From assembly GCA_965262715.1 (NCBI GenBank), contig OZ253553.1, positions 832,001 through 896,000 of the forward strand: 64,000 nucleotides of DNA. Reading direction: 5' to 3'. A model generated the notes under the pieces. That model saw only the letters and a program-made list of their open reading frames with translations, had not been told where the DNA came from and did not search any database. This document shows positions 1-9,688 of this stretch, in pieces; the stretch's first letter is position 1, and every line of letters begins with the position of its first letter. Source of the DNA: Bdellovibrionales bacterium. GTDB lineage: Bacteria > Bdellovibrionota > Bdellovibrionia > Bdellovibrionales > JAUICD01. Position numbers and translations under genes: made by a program.

Positions 1-2068
1 AGTAGTCTTTTGAATTTTCTTTGCATTTAGTTTTCCCTTCGTCGTTTTGATTGCTTTCTTCAATTGAGTTGTTTTTTACACGAAGTGGAAACTTAGGAAA
101 AAAACCATCATTAGGACCAAGGTTAAGCTCTTCACAGCTTCCATGTTTTGCCTGTCCAAGCTGGCCTTTTAAATTATCTCCAAAACAAAACACTTGATCT
201 TCAAAGTTGACTGCACAGGTGTGGTTAGAGCCAGCACTGACATGTCTATAAGTTTTAATAACATCTTCATCTTTTTGATTGAAGTTTCTTTGAACATATA
301 CTCTTTCTAAAAGACTTGCCCATTTAGATTTTATAGATCTGCATTCTGCTTGAAGCTCTAAAATTTTTATTTCACATTTTATATCTACAGCTGCAGAAGC
401 AGATAGGTGGCCGCAAATGATAGTTTTATAGTGATCTCTGAATTTTAAAGCATCTTCGTCACCACCGCTGCCATTTTCTGGGGTAGTTGCATGATCCACA
501 TTATAGAATTCTTCACAGTCAAAGTTAGGTGGAACTCTTGGTAAATTGTAATCTCTTTCTTCTGTTTTATTTTCCCAAAACTTTTCTTCACCAGACTCAA
601 TAATAAAATCTATTTTATCTTCACTTTCATCGTCATCATCATGTGCTCCTAACTTACAACCAAAAAAGCCTAATTTAGTATAGTCTTTATCACTTTCTTC
701 ACCTTCTACTTCTGTCTCTTCTTCTTTTGGTCCCATTTGTGAGCAAGAGCTGCCAGGTTTGATTTTCTCTGCTTCAATACGCGCATTCAACTCTTTAACC
801 AAGTCTTTATTTTTTAGTGGAGTTTCTGTCTGTGTTTGCGGGCATTTAGGAATACCGTTTTCACATACAGGAACTCCCCCGCCTTCACATGTAGGAAATT
901 CTTTTTGATATGTATATGTGATATATGTGATACTATCCTTGGTTTTTTCTTGATATGTAATATAATTGTCACTATCTTCACAAAAAGGTATACTTTCGGA
1001 GAAAATATCTCTACAACTTGCTTCTTTACCACTATTAATATCACCGCATTTAACAGAAGTATTATTAGGAGGATCATAATCATTAGGTGTTGCAACTATA
1101 GCAATTTGGGTAGGCTCTGGGATGAAATCTTCATCTTCGTCGTACTCCCAAACAGGTGTTCCATCTTCTTCTATAGTCAGTTGAAATGGTATTCCTAATT
1201 GTCCTTCTGTGTTTTTACCCCAGCAAAAGATCCTTTCATCTCCTATATCTGCTAACAAACAATTGTGAAAATCACCAGCAGTTATATGTTTTATCTCCAC
1301 TTCACCTTCAATTTCTGTTTTTTTCTGTGGAAGCACAACAGCTACTGGAACTGAACTTGGACCTCCTTCTCTGCCCAATTGCCCTTGATCATTTTGTCCC
1401 CAACAAAAAATTTTATTATCTTCTAAAAGGGCGCAGCTATGGTCCACTCCCAGCACAACTTGTTTCACACCTTTTAATCTCTTATCTTCAGGTACAATCT
1501 CATCGTCATAACATTCTGTCACATCTTCATTGACCACATAATTTAAAAAGATATATTCATCTCTTCTATTAGAGCGGCATCCATTACCTAACTGTCCAGA
1601 AGTGTTATCTAGACCATAGCACTGTAAATAAGCTTCTTCATCGACAATAAAACAAGAGTGGTCTGATGAAACACCAGAGGTGATCATTTCTGCGCCAGCT
1701 TCTATACAGTGTTTGATACAACACATTCCTTTATCGCTATCAGAAATCTTAGAGGCTTCTATAATCTTTGTAATATAAAAATCTGAATCATCTATACAGG
1801 CATTGCCTTGATGGGCAGTAAGGCCAGGTTTTTCGGCAATCTCACGTTCTGCTACATCCTCACATGTAGAAACGGCTATAGGAGGATCAACTGGAGTGCC
1901 TCCGCCGCCAGTAGTAGTGGTGGTGGTGGTGGTAGTTGTACCACCTCCAATTTTATCATCCTCATTATCACTATCTGAACAACCCATCAATATGAAACAA
2001 CATATTAATAGAGGGAAATACTTAATTGTATCAAAGTAATCCGAGCTTCTTTTGCAAGATGTGTCCAT
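1..2068 (-). CDS. Cys-rich lipoprotein with RCC1/BLIP-II-like repeats; runs off the left edge of the window
   Basis: Not in the ORF track because there is no stop in the window. ATG at 2068 with AGGAG RBS. Manual translation gives MDTSCKR...LLICVFILMGC (lipobox), a Thr/Gly linker, and RCC1-like motifs ITSGVSSDHSCFIV..LQCYGLDNTSGQLGNG and VSAGSNHTCAVNFEDQVFCFGDNLKGQLG. Frame open wherever spot-checked, including at the edge. Confidence 0.8.
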   Translation of the reverse strand, partial: MDTSCKRSSDYFDTIKYFPLLICCFILMGCSDSDNEDDKIGGGTTTTTTTTTTGGGGTPVDPPIAVSTCEDVAEREIAEKPGLTAHQGNACIDDSDFYITKIIEASKISDSDKGMCCIKHCIEAGAEMITSGVSSDHSCFIVDEEAYLQCYGLDNTSGQLGNGCRSNRRDEYIFLNYVVNEDVTECYDDEIVPEDKRLKGVKQVVLGVDHSCALLEDNKIFCWGQNDQGQLGREGGPSSVPVAVVLPQKKTEIEGEVEIKHITAGDFHNCLLADIGDERIFCWGKNTEGQLGIPFQLTIEEDGTPVWEYDEDEDFIPEPTQIAIVATPNDYDPPNNTSVKCGDINSGKEASCRDIFSESIPFCEDSDNYITYQEKTKDSITYITYTYQKEFPTCEGGGVPVCENGIPKCPQTQTETPLKNKDLVKELNARIEAEKIKPGSSCSQMGPKEEETEVEGEESDKDYTKLGFFGCKLGAHDDDDESEDKIDFIIESGEEKFWENKTEERDYNLPRVPPNFDCEEFYNVDHATTPENGSGGDEDALKFRDHYKTIICGHLSASAAVDIKCEIKILELQAECRSIKSKWASLLERVYVQRNFNQKDEDVIKTYRHVSAGSNHTCAVNFEDQVFCFGDNLKGQLGQAKHGSCEELNLGPNDGFFPKFPLRVKNNSIEESNQNDEGKTKCKENSKDY

Positions 2069-2353
2069 TAATAATATACTCCTATTACTTTAATTTATTC
2101 GGATTTCTGTAAAAATTTATTAAAATAAAATGACGAAAATGAGGGCTTAACTGTATCAAATGAAGACTGATATGCTTTTTATTAGAAGTGGTTTGGCAAA
2201 ATAAGTTTTGCATTTTGCAATATATGCATATGCTATTCCGAGATCTGAGATAGTGGTAAAACCGGCAGCTGTATCCGGAATCTGGCAGTCGTAATGAGAA
2301 AGTAAGTTGTTTCTCAAAATAAAAGCACTTTAGTGACTAGCTCTGATTTTTAT

Positions 2354-3913
2354 TTAACGAACAAGTTTTCTTTTATCTAAGTTATACTTTTCTACTTTCA
2401 TGATGAGACCTGCTCTGGAAATGCCAAGCTCTTTTGCTAATCTAGATTTATTCCATCCGGTTCTTCTCAAACCTTCTTTAATCATTTCTCTTTCTAAGTC
2501 TTCAAGAGCATCCTTGAGCCTGCTATTTAATCTAGAATTATTTATTTTATTATTCTCAGAGGATGCATCAGTAATTCTCTCTGAGATCATTTGAGCTGTG
2601 ACTTGCTCTTCGTTTCCAGAAAGCACAACAATCCTTTCTATCTCATTTTGAAGCTCTCTAATGTTTCCAGGCCATGCATAATCATACAATTTTTTGATAG
2701 CACTTTTGGTCATCATTTTTTTAACACCCATTTGTTTAGATGATTTTTCTAAAAAATGATCGATAAGGGCTGGAATATCTTCCCTCCTATCTCTTAAAGC
2801 TGGAACATGAAGATTAATGACATTTAAACGGTAATAAAGGTCTTCTCTAAATGACCCTTTTTCAACCATCTCTCTCAAAGGCCTGTTTGTTGCTGCAATG
2901 ATACGAACATTCACACTCTTAGGTTCAGTACCACCTACAGGCATAAAAGTTCCTTCTTGTAAGACACGTAGCAATTTCACTTGCATAGATGGAGATGTAT
3001 CTCCAATCTCATCTAAGAAAAATGTACCTTTATCAGCTGTTTCAAAAAGCCCTTTTTTATCCTTAATAGCTCCTGTAAAAGAACCTTTAACATGTCCAAA
3101 CAGTTCTGATTCTAAGAGGTTATCATTAAAAGAAGAACAGTTTTGAATGACAATAGCTTTGTTTTTTCTTGGAGAATTGTAATGAACTGCTTTTGCAATT
3201 AGCTCTTTACCTGTTCCATTCTCACCTTGAATTAAGACTGTGCTTTCAGTTGAATTGATCCTATCTAACATGGCATAAAGATTCTGCATGGGTTGAGACT
3301 GACCAATCATATTGTCATATTTATAACGACTGCCAAGTTCTTTGTTGAGTTTATTGATGCGGTCTTCTCTAGCAGTTATTTCTAAATGAAGCGTGATGAC
3401 CTCTTTAGCTACAAGTTCAGTCAGGTCTGTAAAATGTCCTCTCTGAGCTTGATTTAATGTTTTGATATGATCTAAGCTTTCTGCCACTTGAATTTCTGAT
3501 AAGTTAAGGTGTAATAACTTTTTTCTAACGTCTTCTAGTCTGTGAATTGTATCAGATTGATCTTTTAAGAAACCTAAAGCCACGACTGTGCCAGCAAGAT
3601 CATTATCAATAATAATAGGTACAACCAAGATATCATAACCAATCATATCCCATTGAACGACAGCATAGCGATCTTGTGTGTGTTTAAGATCCTCTAAAGC
3701 TTTAACTACAAGTTGAGTGAGGTTTTTTTGCACTTCTTCACTTCTAAATACGTAGGCAACTGCTGGATTAAATAAGGAAGGCGCACTAGAAGTAGATGAT
3801 TTGATAAGTCCTCTATCGTCTGTAAAAACCAAATCAATTTGCCACCATGATAGCAATATCTCTTTTAATTTTTTGATGACATGTATATGCTCAAAATCAC
3901 TCCAGTTGATCAT
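2354..3913 (-). CDS. Sigma-54-dependent enhancer-binding protein (NtrC/Fis family) with N-terminal PocR-like sensor domain
   Basis: GENGTGKE Walker A, ESELFGHVKGSFTGA (GAFTGA variant), FLDEIG, WPGNIRELQN, C-terminal Fis HTH. Confidence 0.92.
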   Translation of the reverse strand: MINWSDFEHIHVIKKLKEILLSWWQIDLVFTDDRGLIKSSTSSAPSLFNPAVAYVFRSEEVQKNLTQLVVKALEDLKHTQDRYAVVQWDMIGYDILVVPIIIDNDLAGTVVALGFLKDQSDTIHRLEDVRKKLLHLNLSEIQVAESLDHIKTLNQAQRGHFTDLTELVAKEVITLHLEITAREDRINKLNKELGSRYKYDNMIGQSQPMQNLYAMLDRINSTESTVLIQGENGTGKELIAKAVHYNSPRKNKAIVIQNCSSFNDNLLESELFGHVKGSFTGAIKDKKGLFETADKGTFFLDEIGDTSPSMQVKLLRVLQEGTFMPVGGTEPKSVNVRIIAATNRPLREMVEKGSFREDLYYRLNVINLHVPALRDRREDIPALIDHFLEKSSKQMGVKKMMTKSAIKKLYDYAWPGNIRELQNEIERIVVLSGNEEQVTAQMISERITDASSENNKINNSRLNSRLKDALEDLEREMIKEGLRRTGWNKSRLAKELGISRAGLIMKVEKYNLDKRKLVR

Positions 3914-4182
3914 TTTGGGATCCTTGTAAATATTTTATTATTAAAATACGTTTTTAACTTAATGGTGTTTATTATTTATCGTCAAAACTTTAAACATCTT
4001 TAATAAATCTATTAAAAAAAACTTTACTTTATAGGGGTTTGGCATTTTCCATACCTTTATACAGGATGTATAAACTTGTATGTTCATATATGGTTCAATA
4101 CTTTCTAGAGAAACCATCTTAAAAAATAAGCAGTTATCTATATCTCAATATGTACACACATTGTGCTATGTGCTACAAGGGA

Positions 4183-4372
4183 TTTTGGCAGTCAGTATTT
4201 TGTTGACAGAGATACATCCCGTAGGGATACAGATCCCGTAGGGATACAGATCCCGTAGGGATATACATCCCGTAGTGTTATCGTCACGCTGACTGCCCAA
4301 AAACAAACAGATGCTCACCTCAAGAGGTTCGCCTCGAGAGGCTTGCCTCAAGAGGTTGGTTTATTTTGAGTG
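4183..4372 (+). repeat. Family-1 structured repeat, copy D, with about four 15-17-bp ATCCCGTAGGGAT mini-hairpin units and three CCTCRAGAGG hairpins
   Basis: ttttggcagtcagt...gctgactgcccaaaa inverted arms; homologous to 5989-6121 and 55345-55448. Confidence 0.75.
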
Positions 4373-4448
4373 AAAAGTTTGTGTGAAAATTCTAAATAGG
4401 TTAGGGTAGCATACGCTATAGTAGAAATTTTATGCAAAAGGAGGTTCT

Positions 4449-5756
4449 GTGCAAAAAAGAATATATATAGCAGATATCAAAAAAAACATGAACAAATACA
4501 AGGATCAACAGATAGAGCTTAAAGGATGGGTTTACTCTATAAGGTCTGCTGGAAAGCTTAGGTTTTTAATTTTTCGTGATGGAACAGGACTATGCCAATG
4601 TACCTTTATAAAATCAGAGATTGATTTAAAAACATGGGAAGATTGCTGTCAATTAGCCCAGGAGTCCACGGTCAAAGTTACAGGTTATCTTAGAGAGGAT
4701 CAAAGATCACCAGGCGGTTTTGAAATCACTGCAAAACATTTAGAGATTTTTTGTCATACAAAAGACTATCCTATTAGTCCAAAAGAGCATGGTGTGGATT
4801 TTTTAATGAATCACCGTCATTTATGGTTGAGGTCTAAACTTCAACATGCTGTTTTACGTATACGCAGTGAGATTGTTTCGGCTATTAGAGATTTCTTTAA
4901 TAGCAGAGATTTTACACTTATTGATGCCCCTATATTTACGGCAAATGCCTGCGAAGGGACATCTACACTTTTTCAGACTTCTTATTTTGATCAACAGGTC
5001 TATTTATCTCAAAGTGGTCAGCTTTATATGGAGGCAGCAGCAGCAGCATTTGGAAAAGTGTATTGCTTTGGACCTACATTTCGTGCAGAGAGGTCTAAGA
5101 CAAGAAGGCATTTGATAGAATTTTGGATGGTCGAACCAGAAGTCGCATTTAATGATCTTGTTGATAATATGGAGCTTGCAGAGCAGTTTGTAGAATATAT
5201 TATTCAAAGATGCCTCCAAAATAGAAAAGAAGAGCTGACAGTTTTAGAAAGGGATACATCACTATTACAAAAAGTCAAAGCTCCATTTCCAAGAGTTTTT
5301 TATAAGGAAGCAATTAAATTGATCAAATCACACAACCCTAATTTTCCTGAAGGTGATGATTTTGGAGCTCCAGAAGAAACCTTTTTAGGCAGTCAATTTG
5401 ATCGACCTGTCTTTGTGCACAATTACCCAGCTAATATCAAAGCATTTTATATGAAGCGTGATGAGAATAATCTAAATGAAAGTAAAAGTTGTGATTTAAT
5501 TGCTACAGAAGGTTATGGAGAAATTATTGGAGGAGGGCAGAGAGAAGATAATATTGATTTACTTCTAGAGCGTATAAGAGAACACAATCTCGAGCCAAAA
5601 GATTTTCAGTGGTATGTGGACTTAAGAAGTTATGGGGCTTTTCCATCATCAGGTTTTGGCTTAGGTGTTGAAAGATTTGTGTCTTGGGTATGTGGGCTTT
5701 CACATGTCAGGGAAACTATTGCCTTTCCAAGACTCTATGGCCGTATTTACCCTTAA
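4449..5756 (+). CDS. asnS: Asparagine--tRNA ligase
   Basis: OB-fold N-terminus, YLSQSGQLY, GPTFRAERSKTRRHLIEFWMVEPE, GFGLGVER. Confidence 0.96.
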   Translation: MQKRIYIADIKKNMNKYKDQQIELKGWVYSIRSAGKLRFLIFRDGTGLCQCTFIKSEIDLKTWEDCCQLAQESTVKVTGYLREDQRSPGGFEITAKHLEIFCHTKDYPISPKEHGVDFLMNHRHLWLRSKLQHAVLRIRSEIVSAIRDFFNSRDFTLIDAPIFTANACEGTSTLFQTSYFDQQVYLSQSGQLYMEAAAAAFGKVYCFGPTFRAERSKTRRHLIEFWMVEPEVAFNDLVDNMELAEQFVEYIIQRCLQNRKEELTVLERDTSLLQKVKAPFPRVFYKEAIKLIKSHNPNFPEGDDFGAPEETFLGSQFDRPVFVHNYPANIKAFYMKRDENNLNESKSCDLIATEGYGEIIGGGQREDNIDLLLERIREHNLEPKDFQWYVDLRSYGAFPSSGFGLGVERFVSWVCGLSHVRETIAFPRLYGRIYP

Positions 5757-5792
5757 AAGTGTCATGAAACGAAAAAATTTTTAAAGCTTTGA

Positions 5793-5879
5793 TTTGATAT
5801 TTTAAGCCAAACCTCGAAGTCAGCTGCTATAAAGCGGCGCACTCTGCAGAAGATCTCGTTTTTGGCTTAAAACATCAAA
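5793..5879 (+). repeat. Family-2 palindromic element (degenerate core)
   Basis: tttgatattttaagccaaa...tttggcttaaaacatcaaa arms; core ends ctctgcagaagatctcg. Confidence 0.7.
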
Positions 5880-5988
5880 CGTCAAGTTGCTATTATTATA
5901 AAGGTTTAGATGGATTTGAGAGAGAGAAAGAGAAAAATAAAGGGAAGTTTTCCTTAACATTTTATGAGAAAACGAGGAGTATCTATTC

Positions 5989-6121
5989 CACTCAAAATAA
6001 ACGGATTTTTGAGGCAATCAGCATTTTGTTGGGGAATACATCCCGTAGGGACATACATCCCGTAGTGTTAACCGTCACGCTGATTGCCCAAAAATGGTCA
6101 GAGGCCAGTTTATTTTTAGTG
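5989..6121 (+). repeat. Family-1 structured repeat, copy C
   Basis: P1 cactcaaaataaac/gtttatttttagtg; P2 tttttg(a)ggcaatcagc/gctgattgcccaaaaa; P3 tggtc-aga-ggcca. Confidence 0.8.
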
Positions 6122-6587
6122 AGACAGAAACGAGAGGCATTTTTAGTGAGACAGATGTGATTAGTTAGGGAAAGGTAGTGGGAATAGCTGAAAAGTTTCC
6201 CTAACATTTCGTTAGAGAGCAAGGAGTATCTTCTTAGTAAAAATGCCTCATACTTTCTAGGCAGTAAGCTATTTCCTGAAGACATGAGTCTTCAGGCTTA
6301 CTGCCAGAAAGTCGCCGGAGGCGAGAGGTATTTTTAGTGAGACAGAAACGAGAGGCATTTTTAGTGAGATAGATGTGATTGGTTAGGGAAAGGTAGTGGG
6401 AATAGCTGAAAAGTTTCCCTAACATTTCGTTAGAGAGCAAGGAGTATCTTCTTAGTAAAAATGCCTCATACTTTCTAGGCAGTAAGCTATTTCCTGAAGA
6501 CATGAGTCTTCAGGCTTACTGCCAGAAAGTCGCCGGAGGCGAGAGGTATTTTTAGTGAGACAGAAACGAGAGGCATTTTTAGTGAGA
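6111..6587 (+). repeat. 218-bp tandem repeat (~2.2 copies) carrying family-1 element copies A1 (6236-6339) and A2 (6454-6557)
   Basis: Units start at 6111, 6329 and 6547 and are near-identical. Confidence 0.92.
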
Positions 6588-6593
6588 AATCCC

Positions 6594-7448
6594 ATGGATG
6601 ATTTTGTTGTAAAAAGGTATCAAGGCATTTTAGTACAATTCTTAGGTAGTGACGGACAGTCTTTTTTACAAAGGCTGACTTCTATAGATATCACAAAGGT
6701 TAAAGAAGGTGATATGGTGCTTTCTACCTTTTTAGACGCTAAGGCCAGTGTTATAGCTGTTTTTTATGTGTTTAAAAAGGATTCTCATTTTAGTTTACTT
6801 GTATCTGAAACTTATAAAATTGATCTGACAGGGTACATTGAAAAAATGCATTTTTCAGAAGACCTCAAGTTAAATGTTGAGGATGTGAGTTGGTTAGAGA
6901 TGAGGTATGAAGAACTTCCATCTCAGCTGAGTGATATGAATGGATACACACTAAAAGACTGGAGTGTAAATCAAAAAATAATCAAGGGTCAGATTTTATT
7001 TCGTACCGAAATGACTCATCTTAAAAAGGACATAGTGACTTTTTTAGAAGAAAGTATCAATAAGCAACAATTTAATCTTTTAGAGTGTCATGCAATAAGT
7101 CCAGGCATAGATTCAAATTTATTTCGTTATATTATGATTTTAGATGGTCCTTTTGATCATCTTTTATCTAGGGATAAAGGTTGTTATCCTGGTCAAGAGG
7201 TGGTGGAGAAGATTTATAATATTGGTCGTCGTCCTAAAAAAATGAAATGTTGTCAAATAGATACATCATTTATGTCTATAAAAATGCCTGAAGGCCTTTT
7301 GCTTGAAAATAAAAAAGTGGGAAAGCTTTTGTGTGTCTTTCAATTAAGTGAACAAGCATGTCTAGGGCTAGCCATTTTACGCTATACATGCCATGCCTTA
7401 GAAATGCTGACAGAACTCAAAAAGTATCAGGTGCGTGTCATTTTATAA
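6594..7448 (+). CDS. ygfZ: Folate-binding Fe-S/tRNA-modification helper of the YgfZ/GcvT family
   Basis: KGCYPGQE signature; G.D...FLQRLTS. ATG 6594 preferred to the ORF-track GTG 6555, which lies inside the repeat. Confidence 0.85.
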   Translation: MDDFVVKRYQGILVQFLGSDGQSFLQRLTSIDITKVKEGDMVLSTFLDAKASVIAVFYVFKKDSHFSLLVSETYKIDLTGYIEKMHFSEDLKLNVEDVSWLEMRYEELPSQLSDMNGYTLKDWSVNQKIIKGQILFRTEMTHLKKDIVTFLEESINKQQFNLLECHAISPGIDSNLFRYIMILDGPFDHLLSRDKGCYPGQEVVEKIYNIGRRPKKMKCCQIDTSFMSIKMPEGLLLENKKVGKLLCVFQLSEQACLGLAILRYTCHALEMLTELKKYQVRVIL

Positions 7449-7603
7449 CTTTTATATATAATTAAATATATTATGGTCTGGTATTTCTTGTAGATGGAGT
7501 TGCATTATTTTATTTTTATAGGCGTATAATACTTGTATAAGCTAGAATGTCATGTAAAATGATAGTTATAAGACATTATAATAAATTCAACATAAAATAA
7601 ATT

Positions 7604-8449
7604 TTGGAGGTTATTTTGGGATTTATAAAATCAATATCTATCAAAAAATTTGTATGTGTATTTTCAACACTCTTTACAGGATTGACTTTAGGATCTTTTC
7701 TATTAGTTGGCTGTTCTACGGCACCAGATGTAGGTCAACTCAAGCAAATTTTTGAGGAAAACCCTGATATATTAGCTAATGCTATCAAGAAAAATCCAAA
7801 GCCTATTATGGATGCTCTCAACGACGCAGCTCAGGAAGCGCGTAGAGAACAGGTAGAGAATGCGCAAAAAGCACAGGATGAAGCTCGAGTTGATGCACGT
7901 AAAAACCCTAGAAAACCTCAAATTGACGATGATCGAGTCATTTTTGGTGAAAACAAGAAAGAGGCTAAAATCACTATTGTAGAATACTCTGATTTCCAAT
8001 GTGGTTACTGTGCACGAGCATATAACACAATGAAGCAAATCTTAGATAAGTATAAAGATAAAGTGCGTGTAATTTATAAGCATCTTCCTTTAGACTTCCA
8101 TCCAATGGCAGATCCAGCAGCTCGTTATTATGAAGCTATAGCTCTTCAAGACCATAAAAAGGCAGCACAGTTTCATGATAAAATCTTTGAAAATCAGGGC
8201 AGCCTAACTTCTGATGGTGAAAAGTTTCTAGAGAAAACAGCTAAAGAAGTTAAAGTCAATATGGCAAAACTCAAAAAGGATTTAGAATCTGATAAAGTCA
8301 AAAACCGTGTTCAAGCTGATAAGAAAGAAGCTACAAAATTTGGCTTCAACGGAACTCCAGGGTTTCTTGTTAATGGTGTCCCTCTTAACGGTGCTCAACC
8401 TATAGATGCTTTTGAAAAAGAGTTTAGAGATCAAGGGCTTTTGGATTAA
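7604..8449 (+). CDS. DsbA/thioredoxin-fold lipoprotein (Com1/DsbA family)
   Basis: LLVGC lipobox, EYSDFQCGYC, YKHLPL, GFNGTPGFLVNG. Confidence 0.9.
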   Translation: MEVILGFIKSISIKKFVCVFSTLFTGLTLGSFLLVGCSTAPDVGQLKQIFEENPDILANAIKKNPKPIMDALNDAAQEARREQVENAQKAQDEARVDARKNPRKPQIDDDRVIFGENKKEAKITIVEYSDFQCGYCARAYNTMKQILDKYKDKVRVIYKHLPLDFHPMADPAARYYEAIALQDHKKAAQFHDKIFENQGSLTSDGEKFLEKTAKEVKVNMAKLKKDLESDKVKNRVQADKKEATKFGFNGTPGFLVNGVPLNGAQPIDAFEKEFRDQGLLD

Positions 8450-8478
8450 TTATTGAGATTATACATAATTATGCTATA

Positions 8479-8519
8479 AAAATAAGCCAGGAGTTTTCAC
8501 TTCTGGCTTATTTTATTTT
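8479..8519 (+). terminator. Intrinsic (possibly bidirectional) terminator after the DsbA gene
   Basis: aaaataagccagga-loop-tctggcttatttt followed by a T-rich tract. Confidence 0.7.
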
Positions 8520-8535
8520 AAATGAGAGATATTCT

Positions 8536-9453
8536 ATGGATACCTTAAAAGAAAGAGTGAAAGAAAGTCCTCAAAAGCCAAACTGGTTAAAGGTGAGAGC
8601 ACCTGTTTCTCATAATTACTTTAAGCTTAAATCTATGTTTAAAAAGCTGAATTTAGCCACAGTTTGTCAGGAGGCAAGGTGTCCTAATATTGGAGAGTGT
8701 TGGCTTGGTGGAACAGCAACTATTATGTTAATGGGAGACGTTTGCACAAGAGGTTGTCGATTTTGCCATGTTAAAACGGGCAATCCTAGAGGTTTGATAG
8801 ATAAAAATGAGCCAGAAAAAGTGGGTTTTGCTGTCACTCAAATGGATTTGGACTATATAGTTTTGACGAGTGTAGATAGGGATGATTTACCTGATGGAGG
8901 TGCAGACCATTTTGCTCGAACAGTAGAAACCATTAAGCAATATCACAGAAAGCTTATTGTAGAAGTTCTTGTGCCAGACTTTAAGGCTTATCCAGATCAT
9001 ATTTTAAGAGTTGTTAATGCAAAACCTGATGTTTTTGCTCATAATATTGAAACAGTTGAGAGGCTTTCGCCTGCTGTGAGAGATGCAAGGGCGGGTTATG
9101 GCCAGTCACTCTTTGTATTAGAAAAAGTTAAAGATTTTGATAATTCCAGATACACAAAATCTTCTATTATGTTAGGTTTAGGAGAGACAAAAACAGAAAT
9201 TCGTCAGGCTTTAAGAGATTTAAGAAATGTAGGCTGTGATGTTGTGACCTTTGGTCAATATCTACAACCAACAAAAAGGCATTTAGATGTTAAAGAATAT
9301 GTAAGCCCAGATGAATTTAAAGAGTGGCAAATGTTTGCAGAAGGTATGGGATTTCTTTATGTTGCTAGCGGTCCACTCGTTAGAAGCTCCTACAAAGCTG
9401 GAGAATACTTTATGAAAGGAGTTATAGACAGACAAAAAGCAAATTTGTCTTAA
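8536..9453 (+). CDS. lipA: Lipoyl synthase
   Basis: CQEARCPNIGEC and CTRGCRFC clusters; VRSSY motif. Confidence 0.97.
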   Translation: MDTLKERVKESPQKPNWLKVRAPVSHNYFKLKSMFKKLNLATVCQEARCPNIGECWLGGTATIMLMGDVCTRGCRFCHVKTGNPRGLIDKNEPEKVGFAVTQMDLDYIVLTSVDRDDLPDGGADHFARTVETIKQYHRKLIVEVLVPDFKAYPDHILRVVNAKPDVFAHNIETVERLSPAVRDARAGYGQSLFVLEKVKDFDNSRYTKSSIMLGLGETKTEIRQALRDLRNVGCDVVTFGQYLQPTKRHLDVKEYVSPDEFKEWQMFAEGMGFLYVASGPLVRSSYKAGEYFMKGVIDRQKANLS

Positions 9454-9463
9454 TAATTAATTA

Positions 9464-9561
9464 TTTTGATATTTATAGCAAAGCCGAGTAGTCCTCGACA
9501 AGATTGCATTTCAGAAATCTTGTCTGCGGAAGAACTCGTCTTTTTGCTATAAATATCAAAA
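9464..9561 (+). repeat. Family-2 palindromic element
   Basis: ttttgatatttatagcaaa/tttgctataaatatcaaaa arms; core gtagtcctcga-[stem]-tctgcggaagaac. Confidence 0.8.
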
Positions 9562-9688
9562 TCTAATTTGCTAATACTCTTGACAAGGTGGTTATCCATA
9601 GGAGGATGAGACAGAAAAAGAGTGAAAGATAAAGAGAAGCAAATTCTTATATTTTGAGAAAACAAAAATGGAGAAGGAAGGAGTTAAG

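Noticed and set aside
814..1533. Short ORFs 814-1095, 836-1198 and 1186-1533
   Set aside because: Shadow frames of the long minus-strand lipoprotein gene 2068..<1
4212..4275. 17-bp repeats as a mini-CRISPR or iterons
   Set aside because: Directly abutting units without spacers, no rep gene, and embedded in a dispersed repeat element
5820..6503. Minus-strand ORFs 5820-6017, 5992-6285 and 6234-6503 (and 4166-4351)
   Set aside because: Lie entirely within palindromic or tandem repeats; no protein features
9464..9561. Family-2 core as a hairpin or hammerhead ribozyme
   Set aside because: AGTC and AGAA words are present, but loop-B and CUGAUGA/GAAA consensus elements are absent; left unassigned
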